The notes under the pieces: generated by a model
What the model was told of the DNA's origin: nothing
Databases searched by the model: none
What the model saw: only the letters and a program-made list of their open reading frames with translations
Shown: positions 26,886-41,048 of the stretch, one piece after another
How positions within the stretch are numbered: the first letter of the stretch is position 1
Layout of the letters: each line of letters starts with the position of its first letter
Made by a program: the position numbers and the translations under genes
Origin: Massalongia carnosa
Lineage: Eukaryota
Reading direction: 5' to 3'
Length of the DNA stretch: 64,000 nt
NCBI GenBank assembly: GCA_965645245.1
Contig: OZ287073.1
Location: 1,426,001-1,490,000 of the forward strand

Positions 26886-29800
26886 ATGTATCGGCCAGCC
26901 GCCACGGCCACTTCAAACATTAATTTCTCTAACGGACACTTTAACCAACCAGTCAACACTTTTACGGATACACAACCAGCCACGCCAGACAGCGAGAGTG
27001 ACCTTTCCGAGGTTATCGACATCCCGAATGCTTCGACAATTTCATCTCACCCTGAAGCTCAGGAGCTTAATGCAAATAGTGAAAGCCCGAAGATAAACAT
27101 GGAATCGTCCCATGAGGAAGATGCAATTGGCTCTGATGATGCCGATTACGATATGGAAACACCCCCAGTACCAAATGTCAGCATCGTTCCTGATGATTCA
27201 TCCTCCTCAGAGGACTCCCAAAGACTCGTCAAACGAAAAGCGGGGACAGAACAAGATGATCATATGATGAATAACCCAGAGCTTTATGGTCTAAGGCGAA
27301 GTGTAAACCAACCGTGCACATAACTGTGGAATCCGCTAATATAACGGCTCAGGGTCGTGCTCGTCCATCCCGGCGTGTTGTATGACCCCTCTCTTTAAGT
27401 ACAGTCTCAAGTCGCTGACTACTTATATTTAGGTGGACAGCGACTCTGAAGAGGATGATTCAGGCTCGGATATCCAAAGTGGACCTCGTAAGAGACGAAA
27501 ATATTTAGGCTCAAATACAGGTACTGAAACTCCACATTCATTCTCAGGGGCTTTATGTAAATTGAAGCTTGAAACAACGTTGATTCTTTACAGCCTCAAA
27601 GCAACCGAGCTCTGCAGAGTCTCTCACGGATTCGGAATCTGAATTGGATACCTATGGTGTCTCGCGTCATCGGAGCTTGACAGCTAAGAAGCATCAACGT
27701 CGTTCTTTGCAATCGGCTCTTGACCCGGATCAGCCGCATCCAGAAGTGCGGTTTTCGACACGCAAAGCTGCAAAGGTTTCTAACTACAACGAGGATGATG
27801 ATGATATGTTCAACGAAGAAGCGGACGAGCTTACTCCTAGTTATTGGGCTGCGGAACCTGACGAGAATGTATTGGCTATTGACGCAGTGCTCAATCACCG
27901 TCTGCGGGATGATGTTGGTGAGATTTACTAGTCTTTCATGTATAACAATGAACTTATCCTTCCATTAGAGAAAGAGATCACCAGTCCTGGAAAAGATGAC
28001 TTCGAATACTACGTAAGTAATACCAGTAAAAGATATGCATTCAGTCTTCGAGAGTTTTTTAAACTCATGATGGGTGGACAGATCAAATGGCAGGGCAAAG
28101 CTCACTACCATGCTACATGGGAAACAAATGCCTCCTTAGCTTCTTGTCGTGGCATTCGACGGCTGGAAAACTACTTTCGGAAGGTCGTACAAGAAGACAT
28201 CCATATGACACATGGCGATGGTATACCTCCAGAAGAGAAGGAGAAGTGGAGTTTGGATCGTGAGCGTGATGCCGACGCCCTTACTGACTACATGAAAGTT
28301 GAACGGGTTATCCATATGCAAGAGGATGATAACGGAGATATTGAATATTACGTGAAATGTCTGTTGCAAAACTCCTACTTTTTACTCATTATTGACTAAC
28401 ATTGAATAGGGCGAGGACTTTATTACGATTCATGCACTTGGGAGACCGCGGGCCTAATTAGCAGTATCGCGCAGGTTGAAGTTGACCGGTATCTTGATCG
28501 GGCATCATCCCTTCCACAGTCCAATAAGGTGGAAACAAACCCCAATACTCGACGCCCGTTCAAAACCATTGCGGAGCAGCCATCATATATAAAACACGGA
28601 ACACTTCGAGAATTCCAGCTTCATGGTGTCAACTTTTTAGCTTATAACTGGTGCAAGAGTAAGAATGTTATCCTCGCGGATGAGATGGGATTAGGCAAAA
28701 CGGTACAGACTGTAGCTTTTATGAATTGGCTACGGCACGATCGCCAACAACAAGGACCCTTCATCGTGGTTGTTCCTCTTTCTACCATGCCTTCCTGGGC
28801 CGAAACGTTAGACAATTGGACCCCCGATATCAACTATGTGGTTTACAATGGCAATGAAGCTGCTCGAAGCATCATTAGAGAACATGAGCTCCTCGTTAAC
28901 GGCAACACTCAAAAGGCTAAATTTCATGTTTTGCTCACAACATATGAGTACATTCTTGTTGATTCAACTTTTTTGTCACAAATCAAATGGCAGTTTATGG
29001 CTATTGATGAAGCTCATCGACTTAAGAACCGCGAGTCACAGCTTTATGCGAAATTGTTGGATTTCAAGGCACCTAGCCGTCTCTTGATCACGGGCACTCC
29101 AATGCAGAATACTCTCGGAGAATTGTCTGCTCTGATGGACTTCCTAATGCCAGGAGTAGTCGATATCGAAGAAAACATAGATCTTCAGTCTGAGCATGCT
29201 AGCGTGAAGATTGCTGAACTAACCAAGGCGATTAAGCCATTTATGCTTCGCCGAACCAAGAACAAGGTGGAGAATGATTTACCGCCTAAGACGGAGAAAA
29301 TCATTCGTGTTGAACTGTCTGATATCCAGCTCGAGTACTACAAAAACATCCTCACCCGTAACTACACCGCGCTTAATCAAGGTGCCAAGGGCCAGAAGCA
29401 ATCGCTGCTCAACATTATGATGGAGCTGAAGAAAGCTAGCAATCACCCGTTCATGTTCCCAAACGCCGAAGACCGCATCATGGCAGGCAGCGATCGGCGC
29501 GAAGATGTCCTCAAGGCTCTGATTACTAGCAGTGGCAAGATGATGTTGCTCGATCAGCTGCTTACGAAGCTTCGTAAAGATAATCATCGAGTCCTGATTT
29601 TTAGCCAAATGGTCAAAATGCTCGACATCCTCGGCGATTATTTACACCTTCGCGGTTATCAGTTCCAACGCCTGGATGGTACGATAGCTGCAGGACCTCG
29701 TCGCATGGCTATTGATCATTTCAATGCTCCTGATAGTAACGACTTTTGTTTCCTATTATCCACGAGAGCTGGAGGATTGGGTATAAACCTAATGACAGCA

Positions 29801-31913
29801 GACACCGTGATCTTGTTTGATTCAGACTGGAACCCCCAAGCAGATCTCCAAGCAATGGCTCGCGCGCATCGAATCGGGCAAACGAAACCCGTCAGTATCT
29901 ACCGCCTGGTGTCTAAGGAGACTGTTGAAGAAGAAGTACTAGAACGAGCTCGCAATAAGCTTATGCTGGAGTTCATCACCATACAGCAAGGAGTAACCGA
30001 CAAGGACGCGAAAGAACTTACGGACAAGATGGCCCGTGTGGGTAAAAGCGTTGCTGAACCAAATTCTTCTGAAGATATCTCGCGCATCTTGAAGCGACGC
30101 GGGCAAAAGATGTTCGAACAATCTGGCAATCAGAAGAAGCTTGAGGAGCTTGACATTGATTCCGTTTTAGAGAATGCGGAGGAGCATAAAACAGAGCAAC
30201 CCGAGGGCATCGCTGCTGATGGCGGCGAAGAATTCTTGAAGAGCTTCGAGTACATGGACGTAAAAATCGACCTCGAATGGGACGAGATCATCCCAAAGGA
30301 GAAACTTGACGAGATCAAGGCTGAAGAAAAGGAGAAGGCCGATGAACGATATCTTAAGGATGTGATTGAGCAAAATGCACCACGGAAAAGGAAGATAGGG
30401 GATGAACGCGAGGAGCGCGCGGCAAAAAAGCGTGCGAGGGATACTGCTGCCCTCGAAGTAGCTGCAGAGGATTCTGACCAGAGGCCTGGTCAAGATCCTA
30501 ACCGGCCATTGAGCGAGAAGGAGGTGCGAAATCTCATCCGAGGTTTCCTACGATATGGATCTATCGAGGATCGGGGGGACGAGTTAGTTCAAGATGCACG
30601 GCTTGTCGTACGGGATCGCGAACTCTTGAAATCTGTCCTGAACGAGATCACCGGCATGGCTGCTCGGTTAATCAAGGAAGAGCAAGACCGAGTGGAAGCG
30701 TTAGAGCGACAGCATAACAAAACACTTACGAAAAAGGATAGAAAAGCTGTCTTATTCGACTATCGAGGGGTGAAAAGGATCAATGCTGAGACCATCATTG
30801 AGCGTCCGAGTGAGATGCGTATGCTGAAAGAAGTCACTGACCAAGCCACGGACGCAAAGAGCTTTCGCATTCCAGAAGCTTCCAAAGGTGCTACTTATTC
30901 TTGTCCTTGGGGAGCCCGGGAAGATGGTATGCTTTGCGTTGGTATCGTCCGTCACGGGTACGGTGCTTGGGTGCAGATTCGTGACGACCCTGATCTTGCC
31001 CTCGCAGACAAGTTCTTTCTCGAAGAGCACCGTGTTGAGAAGAAAGAGGAACGTAACAAGGGCGACGAGAAAGGTGTCAAATCCCCTGGTGCAGTTCATC
31101 TCGTCCGTCGTGCAGACTATCTCCTCTCCGTACTCAAAGAGAAGACGAGTAATGGAACCAATCTTGCCGCTAAACGTGCCGTAGAAAACCACCATCGGAA
31201 CAACAAGAAGAATGGAATGCATGTCAGACGACCCGAGGGGCGCCCAAGCTACTCTGCTTCCCCTGCTCCATCTTCAGCCCGTAAGGGTCATCGGGAACTA
31301 GAGAAGCATCGCAATCGTGGAAGTGCTGAACGCAGAATCTCCAATGGGGAGCAAAATGGGCAAACTCCAAAATCCGAAAACCGGCCTCGCATGAGTAGCG
31401 ATCATCTCCGAACGGACGAGTCTAAGCATCATCCCCAACATCATCGTCGCCGAAGCAACGAACCTACGAGCAATGGTAGTAGAACAGCTGATCATGACAA
31501 ACTTATGCGTCTGCTATTCAATCCTGTGCGGGAGAGCTTGAAGGCAGTTCAAGGTGCTACGAAGGAATTTGTGCCTGCTAAAATCGAGCGGGCGAAGCTT
31601 CTGCGGAGTGAGCTTGTCAAGATTGGAGACTTCGTTAAGGGTTTGGTTACGTCTGATCCTGCCGCTTCGGAAGGAGAGAATCTTGAGGAGTCATTCTGGT
31701 AAGCTTCCCGTTCGAGACTGCTTTGTCTTCCGCATATAGCCTAATGCTTTCAGGGAATTTGTGTCTACTTACTGGCCTAATCCTGGAACGCAAGGTAGTC
31801 AAGTACAGAGCATGTATGACCGACTCACGACCGCGGCCCAATCTACGCCTTCTGGTGCTGAAGGGACCAATGCTAATGGACAGACCAATGGCGTTCCTGC
31901 GTCTGAGGGATGA
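26886..31913 (+). CDS. CHD1: chromodomain helicase Chd1 (Hrp1/Hrp3-like), multi-exon
   Basis: Tandem chromodomains ([24 protein letters not shown]), SNF2 ATPase motifs ([50 protein letters not shown]), DNA-binding region WGAREDGML. The true start may lie a little upstream. Confidence 0.93.
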
Positions 31914-33187
31914 ACTTAAGTCGACTCCCTCAAGCATCATGGGTATATCTATTGCTACAAACAGAGGGACATGTCGGGTTTTAATTGATGAGCGCTACGC
32001 GAGGTGTTAGGGGTTTGCGGGTACGGAAACTTCATCATTGCAGGAGTTGTGGCAAAATTACGTGGAAATGGATTCGGAAGGGATCCCTCAAGTGTACCGG
32101 TCATGCAACCGCTACCGTCGCCACTATGAAGGGGAGTTTGTAGATTACGCGGAGTCCTGTTTTGCACCCCACGGCGTTTTTGTTCATATGACGATTCTCT
32201 CAAAAGATTAGATGTTAGTAGCTAGCAGCTCAAAAGCACATATGTAGTCGTTGCATTTGATGTGTAGGATTTCACAGAAGTTCGTGGAGATGAATGCATT
32301 CCACCAATCACACCTAATGTTGATCGTTTCTCGTCGGTGATTGGCAGTGTTGCTGTACCACTGGGCAAGAGTGCTGGAGGTAGGTCAATACCGGTTTCGG
32401 CAAAGTCGCTGATGGCGTGTCACCAATTAAGACGGTACCCGAGCCTTTCGTGCATCGAGTGGAAGCATCGAAAGGCGCACACATACGCCAATTGAAGAAT
32501 GGCAGTGGTGCATTCCTTCTGTACTGATACTTGACAGAGCACCCAAATTCTCCGTGTTGCGGTGAAGCCGAGGAAGAACACCAATAACTGTGGACGTAGG
32601 TATGCAGGGGTGTTTTTTTTGCCGTGCGAGAGGAGGGACAATGAAAGTTGAGAAATGAACTCTTCGACGTCTCGTTCTCCTTTCATGATAATCTGCCTCC
32701 ACGACGACGACGACGACTGACGTTACCTATCGACACACTGACTTGCTGTAGGTACCTGGTACTTAGGTGCGTAGGTGTGCGAACCCTCCGGCAAGCTATC
32801 GATTGTCTGATAGGACACCGTTCCTTTAGGGTTAGTCTCTCACCGTCAAGCCTTGTCCTTTTGCGATACACACGGCAGGGGTGTGCGGCGAGGACTGAAA
32901 TGAGAAACGAGCTTGTGACCTTTTGCCCGCTCTTTCTCTTTGGGACCATAACAGCAGCTCTATCCACGCAGTATTTACCACACTAGTCGCCGTCAGTATT
33001 GTTGTCGCCATGGATTGAATCGAATTTTTTCCGTTCTCAAAGGAGGTCTTCTGCACTTTCTTTCATCAGTTAGTTACTCCGCAACGTACAAAGTATACAC
33101 AAGATTTGTTGTTCACTTCGATTTGCTGTTCGGTTGCTTCGATGCGCTCGTTTGGGATATATCGAGTTGATAGACTAAACTTTCACG

Positions 33188-36100
33188 ATGGCAGCCACGT
33201 CGGGCATGTTAATGTGCGATCATCGCCGCGACAGCAACTTGCTCGAACAAAAGATCCTGCAACCGAGGATTGGTTTGGGTGATGGAAGAAGACGCGAGTA
33301 CCATGATATGATTACAGGCTTAAGTGGGCGGTGTGGTAGCGTGTGCATGCAGCGGGCGCCAGCCTACAAATCCGCTACAACCAATACATCCTTAAGCAGC
33401 GTAAGACCCCAGATTCCTATGATCAGCCTCGATGTTCTCCTGCGTGGAGCGTATTTGGTTTGGAGGGGGAAAACCGGCTCCAGATATTCCCAGTTGCCGC
33501 TAGCCCTATATGCAACTTTTTAACCTCTTCTACAGCATTTCCGATTCCCCGAGCGATCAGCATCGAGCAAGCCTGCATTGAGGATCAAGCTCCCAAAGCT
33601 TGCAGAAGCTTTTATGCTATTTGACGAGGTCATTGAGCCACCGCCACCCTATAGCGATTCTATTGAAGATAATCCGCCTCATTATACCTTCCTTGATAAT
33701 TCAGCTTCGCCAAAGTTAGGCGTGGATATATTGCTGCAGCCGTTCGAGTCCATTGACCCCGCATTTGAGGCTTTGACAGCTTTGCTTCGCTATATGACGG
33801 CACGTGGAATCGACTTTGGCGATTCGTCAAACTTTCGCCAGGTAACTAGTAAGAAAAAGAAGCAAGCATCGAAGCAAAACAACTGGGATCAGCCGAAAGG
33901 TCAGGGCGATAAAGAAGGTGGGAAAGGGGAGGATAATGGCGGTGGAGGCGGAGCTGAGGGTGGTGGAAGCAACAACGGTGATGGAGGTAGAGGAGAGGGG
34001 GGTGGTGGAGGTGGTGGAGGTGATGGAGGTGATGGAGGTGATGGAGGTGATGGTGATGGTGATGGTGGTGATGGCGGTGGTGGTGGTGCTGAGGACTGGA
34101 GCGGGGGAAAGAAGAAGAAAGGGAAAAAAAAGAAAGCAGCTGGCAATGAAGAGGAGGAGAGAAAAAGGCAAGAGGAAGAGGAGAAGAGAAAAAAAGAAGT
34201 TGAGGAAGAGGAGGAGATGGCGCGAAAGGAAGAGGACGATAAGGTAATTCAGGACACAAAAGAGACTGGAGACGCTGGAGGCTCGCTGTCGTGGGGTGCT
34301 GGAGACGCCAATGTTCACGAAGAGTGGGGAATGCCTTCCTCAACAGGGAAAAAGAAGAAGAAGAAAGCAAAGGTAAGATGAATTCGTGAATTATCTTATT
34401 GTATCACTGCCTCAACTGGTGTTAGGCTGAACCTGCAAACACCTTTACCTCTGAACCTGGCTCATCTTTCCCGTCTACTTTCGATAACATTGAGCTTGAC
34501 AACAATCCAAAAATTGAGATAAATTTTGACAGTGGATCGGCTGGCATAGACGGAATTGGCGGATGGGGAAATAATTGGAGCCATTCGGGCAATTTCCAGT
34601 TTGATTTAGGGACTGCAGGAACTACTGATCTTAAGGATTCTACAAAGGGTATATCAGCTGAAGATGCAGATTCGTGGTCATTTGGCGATTCCTCGAAAAA
34701 CAAGAAAGCCACTTCAAAGTTCGGCTTTGGGGACTCATCATCGATAAAGGAGACCCATGGTGTGACAGAAAGCTTTAAGGGAACAAGTTCGTGGACCAAC
34801 GCCATTGGGGATGGAGAGTTCATGTCTAGTGGAAAGAAAGACAAGAAAACCAAGAAGAAGGACGGCTCTGAAGCTACCTACAAAGACCCCGAGGCAGCAG
34901 TACATGACGCCAAGCATGTGGAACCTGAGGCAACCGAAAGACCCACTGGGGATAGCTGGGGAACAGTTCCAAACAAAGACAAGAAGAAAGGCAGGAAAAG
35001 CAGCTCAGAGCCTAAGGTCACCAAGGAGCCTTTGATTTCTTCATCCCTACCCGGTGTGTTTGCAATCTCTGAGGAATGGGAAACTTTCGACTCTAAGAAG
35101 AAGCAAAACAATAAGGCGCTGCCTGCAGAAGAGGAGATAATCGAGGAATCCGCGGTGCAGAAAGACGGAGACGTAGAAGCAGAAGCTAGTTGGGGTTTTG
35201 GTCCGAAGAAAACCAAAAAGAAGAAAAAAGGCACCGCAGAGGAGCCAGCGAAGGGAGAGGAGCCCGCAATCGAAATCCCGTCCACTACTGCCCTCGTAGG
35301 TGACTCCACCTGGAGCTCCAGCGCTCAGAATTCAACAAAAAATGCCAAAAACGATTTCTTGGATGAACGTGATCAGAACGAAAATATAGATGACGTGGTC
35401 GCCCTGGACCTAGAAGGCACGGTTGAGAGAAAGGGCGGCAAGAAGTCTAGATGGGGAGTCTTCGAAGAAACTGAAAAGGTTGAGGACTTTGGGGCTAATG
35501 ATGTAGTTGAGCTCAAGCCTGATGAGCCTGGACCTGAGCTAGATCTAGAGCCTGCTACTAGCTTCGCCTGGGGTTTCCCAGGCAAAAAGGACAAAAAAAC
35601 CAAGAAAGGGCCTGTCGAGAAAACTGATGACTTCAAGGGCCTTACGGCTTCGGTGGCAGCTAGCCCTGAAGCTATCTTGGAAAATTCATGGGATACTGCG
35701 GTAGCCAAAAGCAGTAAAAAGAAAGGGAAAAAGGGAGGCGGAGATGACAAGAAATTAGCAGAGGAGCCGAACGCTACTGACGTGCAGTTACTAAAACCTT
35801 TGATTGAGGATATGCTTGATCCGTGGAATACTCCCGTACTCAACGACAAGAAGAGCAAAAGCGGATTCTTTGATGATGTTGGCAATGATCCGATTGGGGT
35901 TGACGAAACCGCGGCCACTACCAAGGCTAGTGATACGTTTCCAAGCGACAACTATGGAAGCTGGGGCACTTCTGAAAAGAAGAAGGTCAAGAAAAGCATA
36001 GCGACGAGTATAACGACCGAAGAATTAGCGCCACTACCCATACCCGTAGTGCTCGAAACTTCCGAACCGTTGGGCTTTTGGGGTTCTTCAACTAATGACA

Positions 36101-39100
36101 AGGGCAAAAAGCTAAAGAAAAGCAAATTTACGGAGCCTGAACCCGAGCAGGATTTACCTAAGATTGCTTCTGCTGAAGCCGGTGCAAATGAGCATTTAGG
36201 TTTCGGAGAAATTCAGTGGGAAGAGAACAAAACTTGTATGCTTTCATCCAAGGACAAGAAAAAGAAGGAAAAAGAAAAAGAAAAAGCGAAAGAAGAGAAG
36301 GTCAAAGAGAAGGGGAACAAAGCTAAAAGTGTGGAGCAGGAACCTACTATAGTTGCTACTAATGAAGACATTGAAGATGAGCTAGTAGAGGCTGGCGAAA
36401 ACCAATGGAGAGAGGAGGAAAACTGGACGCTTTCACCTGCGGAAAAGAAAAAGAAGGAGAAGGAAAAAGCGAAAGAGGAGAAGGCCAAGGAGAAGGGAAC
36501 GAAAATCAAAGACCTGGAGCTTAACCCTGAAGTAGCGATGATCCATGAATCAGCTCAACCTGAGCAGGTAGAACCTGCGAAATCGGGCTGGGGTTTGACA
36601 ACGGGCTGGGGGCTTTCTAGCAAAGACAAGAAAAAGAAGGAGAAAGAGGAAAAGGAGAGGCTAGAAAGAGAAAAGGAAGAAGAAAGGGAAAGAGAGAAAG
36701 AGGAGACGGAGAGACAGGAGCGGGAAAAAGAGGAGTTGGAGCAAAAAGAGGACGAACAAGAGAAACTGGAAAGGGCCATTGAGGAGAAAGTGATTGAAAA
36801 ACCGAAAGGGGGAAAAAAAGGCAAAACCAAAGAAGCCTCGGTGGCCTCAAAGCCCAACGATTGGATGGCAGATTCTACGCCCGACTCGATCCCGACTATT
36901 GAAGAAGATACTTGGGGTCAATCGTGGGATGCCTCTCCGAAAGAAAAGAAAAAGAAAGGCGGTAAGAAGGATATTGTCCCGACCGCACCACCCCCTGCTC
37001 CTACTCCACCAGCCCAGGGTCTGACTCCTGAGCCCACCGCTGAGTCTTTGCCTAATTTAGATGTTGCTGAGACCGATTGGGGCAGTTCTTTCGGGCCGTT
37101 CAAACAGAAGTTGAAGAAAGATGGCAAAAGGCTCACTAAGGCCGATGAGGCAAAGGGCGAGAAACAAGTGATGAAAGAAGATACTTTTGTAGAACCTCCG
37201 AGAACCAAGACTAAAGACGATCTGAAGGACTCCGCCCAAGAGGAAACCCCGGCTAAGGCTGCCAAGAGCTTCTGGGGTTCCAAGGCGACGACGGTGACAG
37301 CCAAACCCAAGGCAACCCAGGAGAAGGAGAATGGGGACAACGAAGCGCAGGATCTTATAAATTTTGACCTTGATCCTGACGAAATCGTTGATATTGTTGA
37401 GGAACCGATGACAAAAGGATCAAAGTCAAAAGCTGACAAGCTCAGCAAAGCCAGCAGCACCAAGGACAGCGATAAAGCGGGTAAAAATAGCGATAAGAAA
37501 AAGAAGAGCAATAACAACGTCATGGCCGCGGTTGTGGACGAGCCCGTCGTTGTACCTGAGAACCCCGACCTCGGCTTTTTAAACGAGACCAATGAGGAAA
37601 TCAATGATGGGGCCAAAGCTGATGATTCTTGGGGCTTTTGGGGCTCGAAGAAGACATCTGGCAAAACGACAAGTGAGCCGAAAAAGGAAATTACCAAACA
37701 AAGTTGGACCAATCACGGCGATTCGCTAATGAATCAGTCGAATGAACCAGAACTGTCCTTTCTTGATGACCAACCTGATATTGCAAAATCTACAAAACCC
37801 TCCAAGGCAACGACAATGTCAACCATCAAACCTACCGTTAAGTCGTCTGTAGCACAGAGAGTGAAAGCGTTGGAAAAGGAAAAAGAAAAAGAAAAAGCGT
37901 TGGAAGCTGTCTCCGCACCCGTCGACGATTTTCAGTCGCTGCCTAAACGAGTTAGCGCATTTGGCAAATTGAAAGCGACGCCTACAGGTAAAACCGCTCC
38001 ATCAAAGCCAAGAGACCTGTCGCCTCCGCCTGTAGAAGAAAAGAAAGCATCGAAAGATTCAGTACCTGGCAGTTTTCCTGCGGAAGGTGGGGAAGACGAT
38101 ATAATCGACGTGATTACTCCATCCCCTATCGAAAAGCCATCAAATAAGAAAGTGTCCAAAAACAAAAAAGAACCAAAGATGGATCTTTTGGAATTTGATG
38201 GTGAGCTTACTGCTCCTCCCGCTTCAGAAGTCACACCAGCGCCACTGGCTCCGCCAACGCCCCCGCCGGAGCCGGTAGCCGCAAAGCCCACCAAAAAGGA
38301 CCGTGCAAGGGTTGTTCGAGATGAGGGAGCCCCGTCTTGGGGTTTCTGGGGCGCTTCTCCTAAAAAGCCACTCAAGAAGGATGCCAAAGCAAAGGATGAT
38401 GCTGATGTGCCCATCCCAGTTACGAAAGAGAAATTACAGGCTCCTGGGTTAGCACGATCAAAATCTACCAAGACGGCAAAGGAGAAAGAAGTAGAAAAGT
38501 CTTCTGCTAAGTCATCTGGCTCAGAAAAAGAAAAGAAGCCTGAGCCTCGACCTCCAAAGTCGCGAGGATCTAGTTTTGGGGGCCTGTTTGGTCCACCACC
38601 CGCTCGTGCCAGACCCGTGCGCAGGGCCAGCATAACTGCCTCGAAGAATACGTCTCATCGACAGTCAGCCGATGTGGATGCCATGGTGCTACCATCACCT
38701 CCTGCAGAAGATGGGCCGGAGATGAACTCCAAGGCAGCCAAATTAATGGGCACGGGCACCGGAAAACTAGGTAGGAAGGAATCTACACGGGGAAAGCAAA
38801 AGATTGCAGGTAAAATCGCCTTTCAAGCTGAGATTTTTTCTGTAGGGGTTACTGATTTTTATGGGTTAGCTGTGCCCGATCCGTATCCCATCGATGACGA
38901 TGATATGGTCTTGGTGAATGGTCTGGAAGATCCACTCATCAACGCACCAATCCCTAAGATGAAAGATATCCGACGAGAAAAAAGCACAAGGGTCAAACCC
39001 AAGAAAGAGGTAAATCTCCTTCCATCCCCAGGAATGATTCTACTTATCCAAAAAGATTACTGCCAACGGGACAGGTCTTATATGTTCCAGAAAAAGCTGA

Positions 39101-40628
39101 CATCTTATTGAAATTAAACCAGGTTAAACCCGTGCCTGAACCTGCTGAAGACATTGTCATGGTCGAAGCTGGCCCTTCATCTGATGGAGCGGAATTGCCC
39201 ACTCTCCAGGAAGCTTTAGCATTCGCAGAACCACCCAAGGCGCCTCCGCGTCTTCAACGCTCCTCAACTAGTGCTAGGAAGCCTGACAATAAGTTGATGG
39301 GGCTTTTCGGTGGGTTCCGGAAAACTCGTAGAGCATCGGAGACGTATGAGCGACCGAGGAGCAAGACACTTACAGATGATGATGGGATGCTGCGTCATAA
39401 AAGAACAGTCACTGGCGGCAATGACACCACTAAGCGGATTCGTCGGGATGATCGCAAGGTTCGACGGTCGGAAAAGCCCGAGGCTGACACTAACGGCTTC
39501 GTTACTGATGCCCCACCCGAAATGGAAGTAGTTACAGAAGCCGAAGTCGAAGCCAGACGGGATGAACGACGTGAAAAGCGAGCTTCCAGAAACCAACCCA
39601 TCAAGGAAAGCAGAGAAACTAGACTCAGGGAAGAAGACGACCAAAGAGTGAAACGTCAAGAAGCTGATCAAACCCCAGACGATTTTCGACGATCAAAGAT
39701 CAGAGAATCTGGAGACAAAAGGACCAGAAAGGAGGAAGAGCAAGAACTTCTTCGCAAGGAGGAGAGACGTGCAAGGCGAGCCGCCAGGGACGAAAGGATC
39801 ATTAAAGAAGAACCTCTTACCAGAGACCCCGATTCGAATCTCACTCCCCAACGCCGAAGCAAGCACCGAGAAAAAGATGACAGAGACCTCCGCCCTCGTG
39901 AATCCTCCCGACCCCATCGCTCCGAACATCGGCGTTCTTATATGTCCACTCCCATGTCTCCCAATACCCCCGATCGCCGTTCCCATCGCGACGAGCACCG
40001 CTCTTCCCACCGCACCCCGGGCGAAAAGTCTAGTTCGCGCCGCAAATCAAGCGCTGCGCCTGTCGAGGATTATTTTGATCCTCGCAACGGTGTTAATGTC
40101 CCGGATCTCCGGCCGCTAGAAACACAGGATCCTTACCTGCATAGCGGCGCCAACGATCACACGTCGTCGTGGGTAAAATCGCAGATCAGCGAGCCGCCTC
40201 CTCCACCCCCACCCGAACCGTCGGTGCTTGACCCTGCTCCTGTTCTCGGCGGTGGTAGTGGAGGAGGAGGAGAGGAATCCGCCGCGGACGAGGACGCAAG
40301 GAAAGCCTTGCGCCGGCAGTCGAGAAGGCGGAGCAGGTATGCTGACGCTGGCGTTGGCGCTGGGGATAGTGGAGGTGGTGGTGGGGATGGCGAACGGAGA
40401 CGTAGGAGGGAGAGCCGGCGCGAAGGCGTGCGGAGCAGCGAGGGCAGCGCGGAGCAGGAGCGCGAGCGAGAGCGCGATCGTGTGTATTGGCGGAGAAAGA
40501 GCGATATGGTGGGCGGCGGCGGAACGCCGCTGGTGAGCAGCCGTGGGTTTGGGGGAATGGGGATGGTAGGTGGTAAGAAGGGGGGAAGTTGGTTGCAGAA
40601 GATCAAGGGGTTGGCGGATGGGAGATGA
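33188..40628 (+). CDS. very large low-complexity hypothetical protein (K/E-rich, repeated WG motifs, Pro- and Arg-rich C-terminus)
   Basis: In-frame splicing links 33188-33400 | 33536-34372 | 34426-~38809 | ~38870-39009 | 39123-40628 through GT..AG introns. The first exon is the least certain. No globular domain was recognised. Confidence 0.75.
33997..34087 (+). repeat. coding GGT/GGA/GAT microsatellite (poly-Gly/Gly-Asp)
   Basis: GGAGGTGAT-type units repeated, encoding GGGGGGGGDGGDGGDGGDGDGDGGDGGGG. Confidence 0.8.
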
Positions 40629-41048
40629 TGATTTATTACCGGGGAGTTTTCAAAGGAAGGAAGAGGTTACTTGGGGAGAGGAGGAGATGAGATTGACTTT
40701 CTGAGACTTGGAGATGTCACCTTTGTGGATACTTTCTGCCCATGTATTGTGGTTTTAAAAGTCGTTCTTGCAGCTCCCCCTTCTTCTTCTTCTTCTTCTC
40801 CCAGGCTGCTGATTATTCGATAGGTACTGAGCGGTGGGGCAGGCTACATAGCTATCTAGCTAGGTAGGTAGGCAGCGAAGTAGTTGGACCCAGCAGTCGT
40901 CTCGTCTTTCAATGAAATCTCCTCCATTAATTAGTTGGCCTATCTCATCTTACCATCCTACTGCGTTGACCTCGCTCCCCTCTAATTGTCTAACCACTAC
41001 GTTCGCTCCGCGGAGGAACACAATCCGCATCTACATACAGAACCCACG

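Noticed and set aside
32630..32940. Loose direct similarity (TGAGAAATGAACT / TGAGAAACGAGCT) suggesting a repeat or snoRNA pair
   Set aside because: Too short and degenerate, with no consistent C/D or H/ACA boxes.
33827..38633. Long antisense ORFs (poly-His, poly-Pro, Phe/Ser-rich)
   Set aside because: They are shadows of the low-complexity sense-strand coding sequence.
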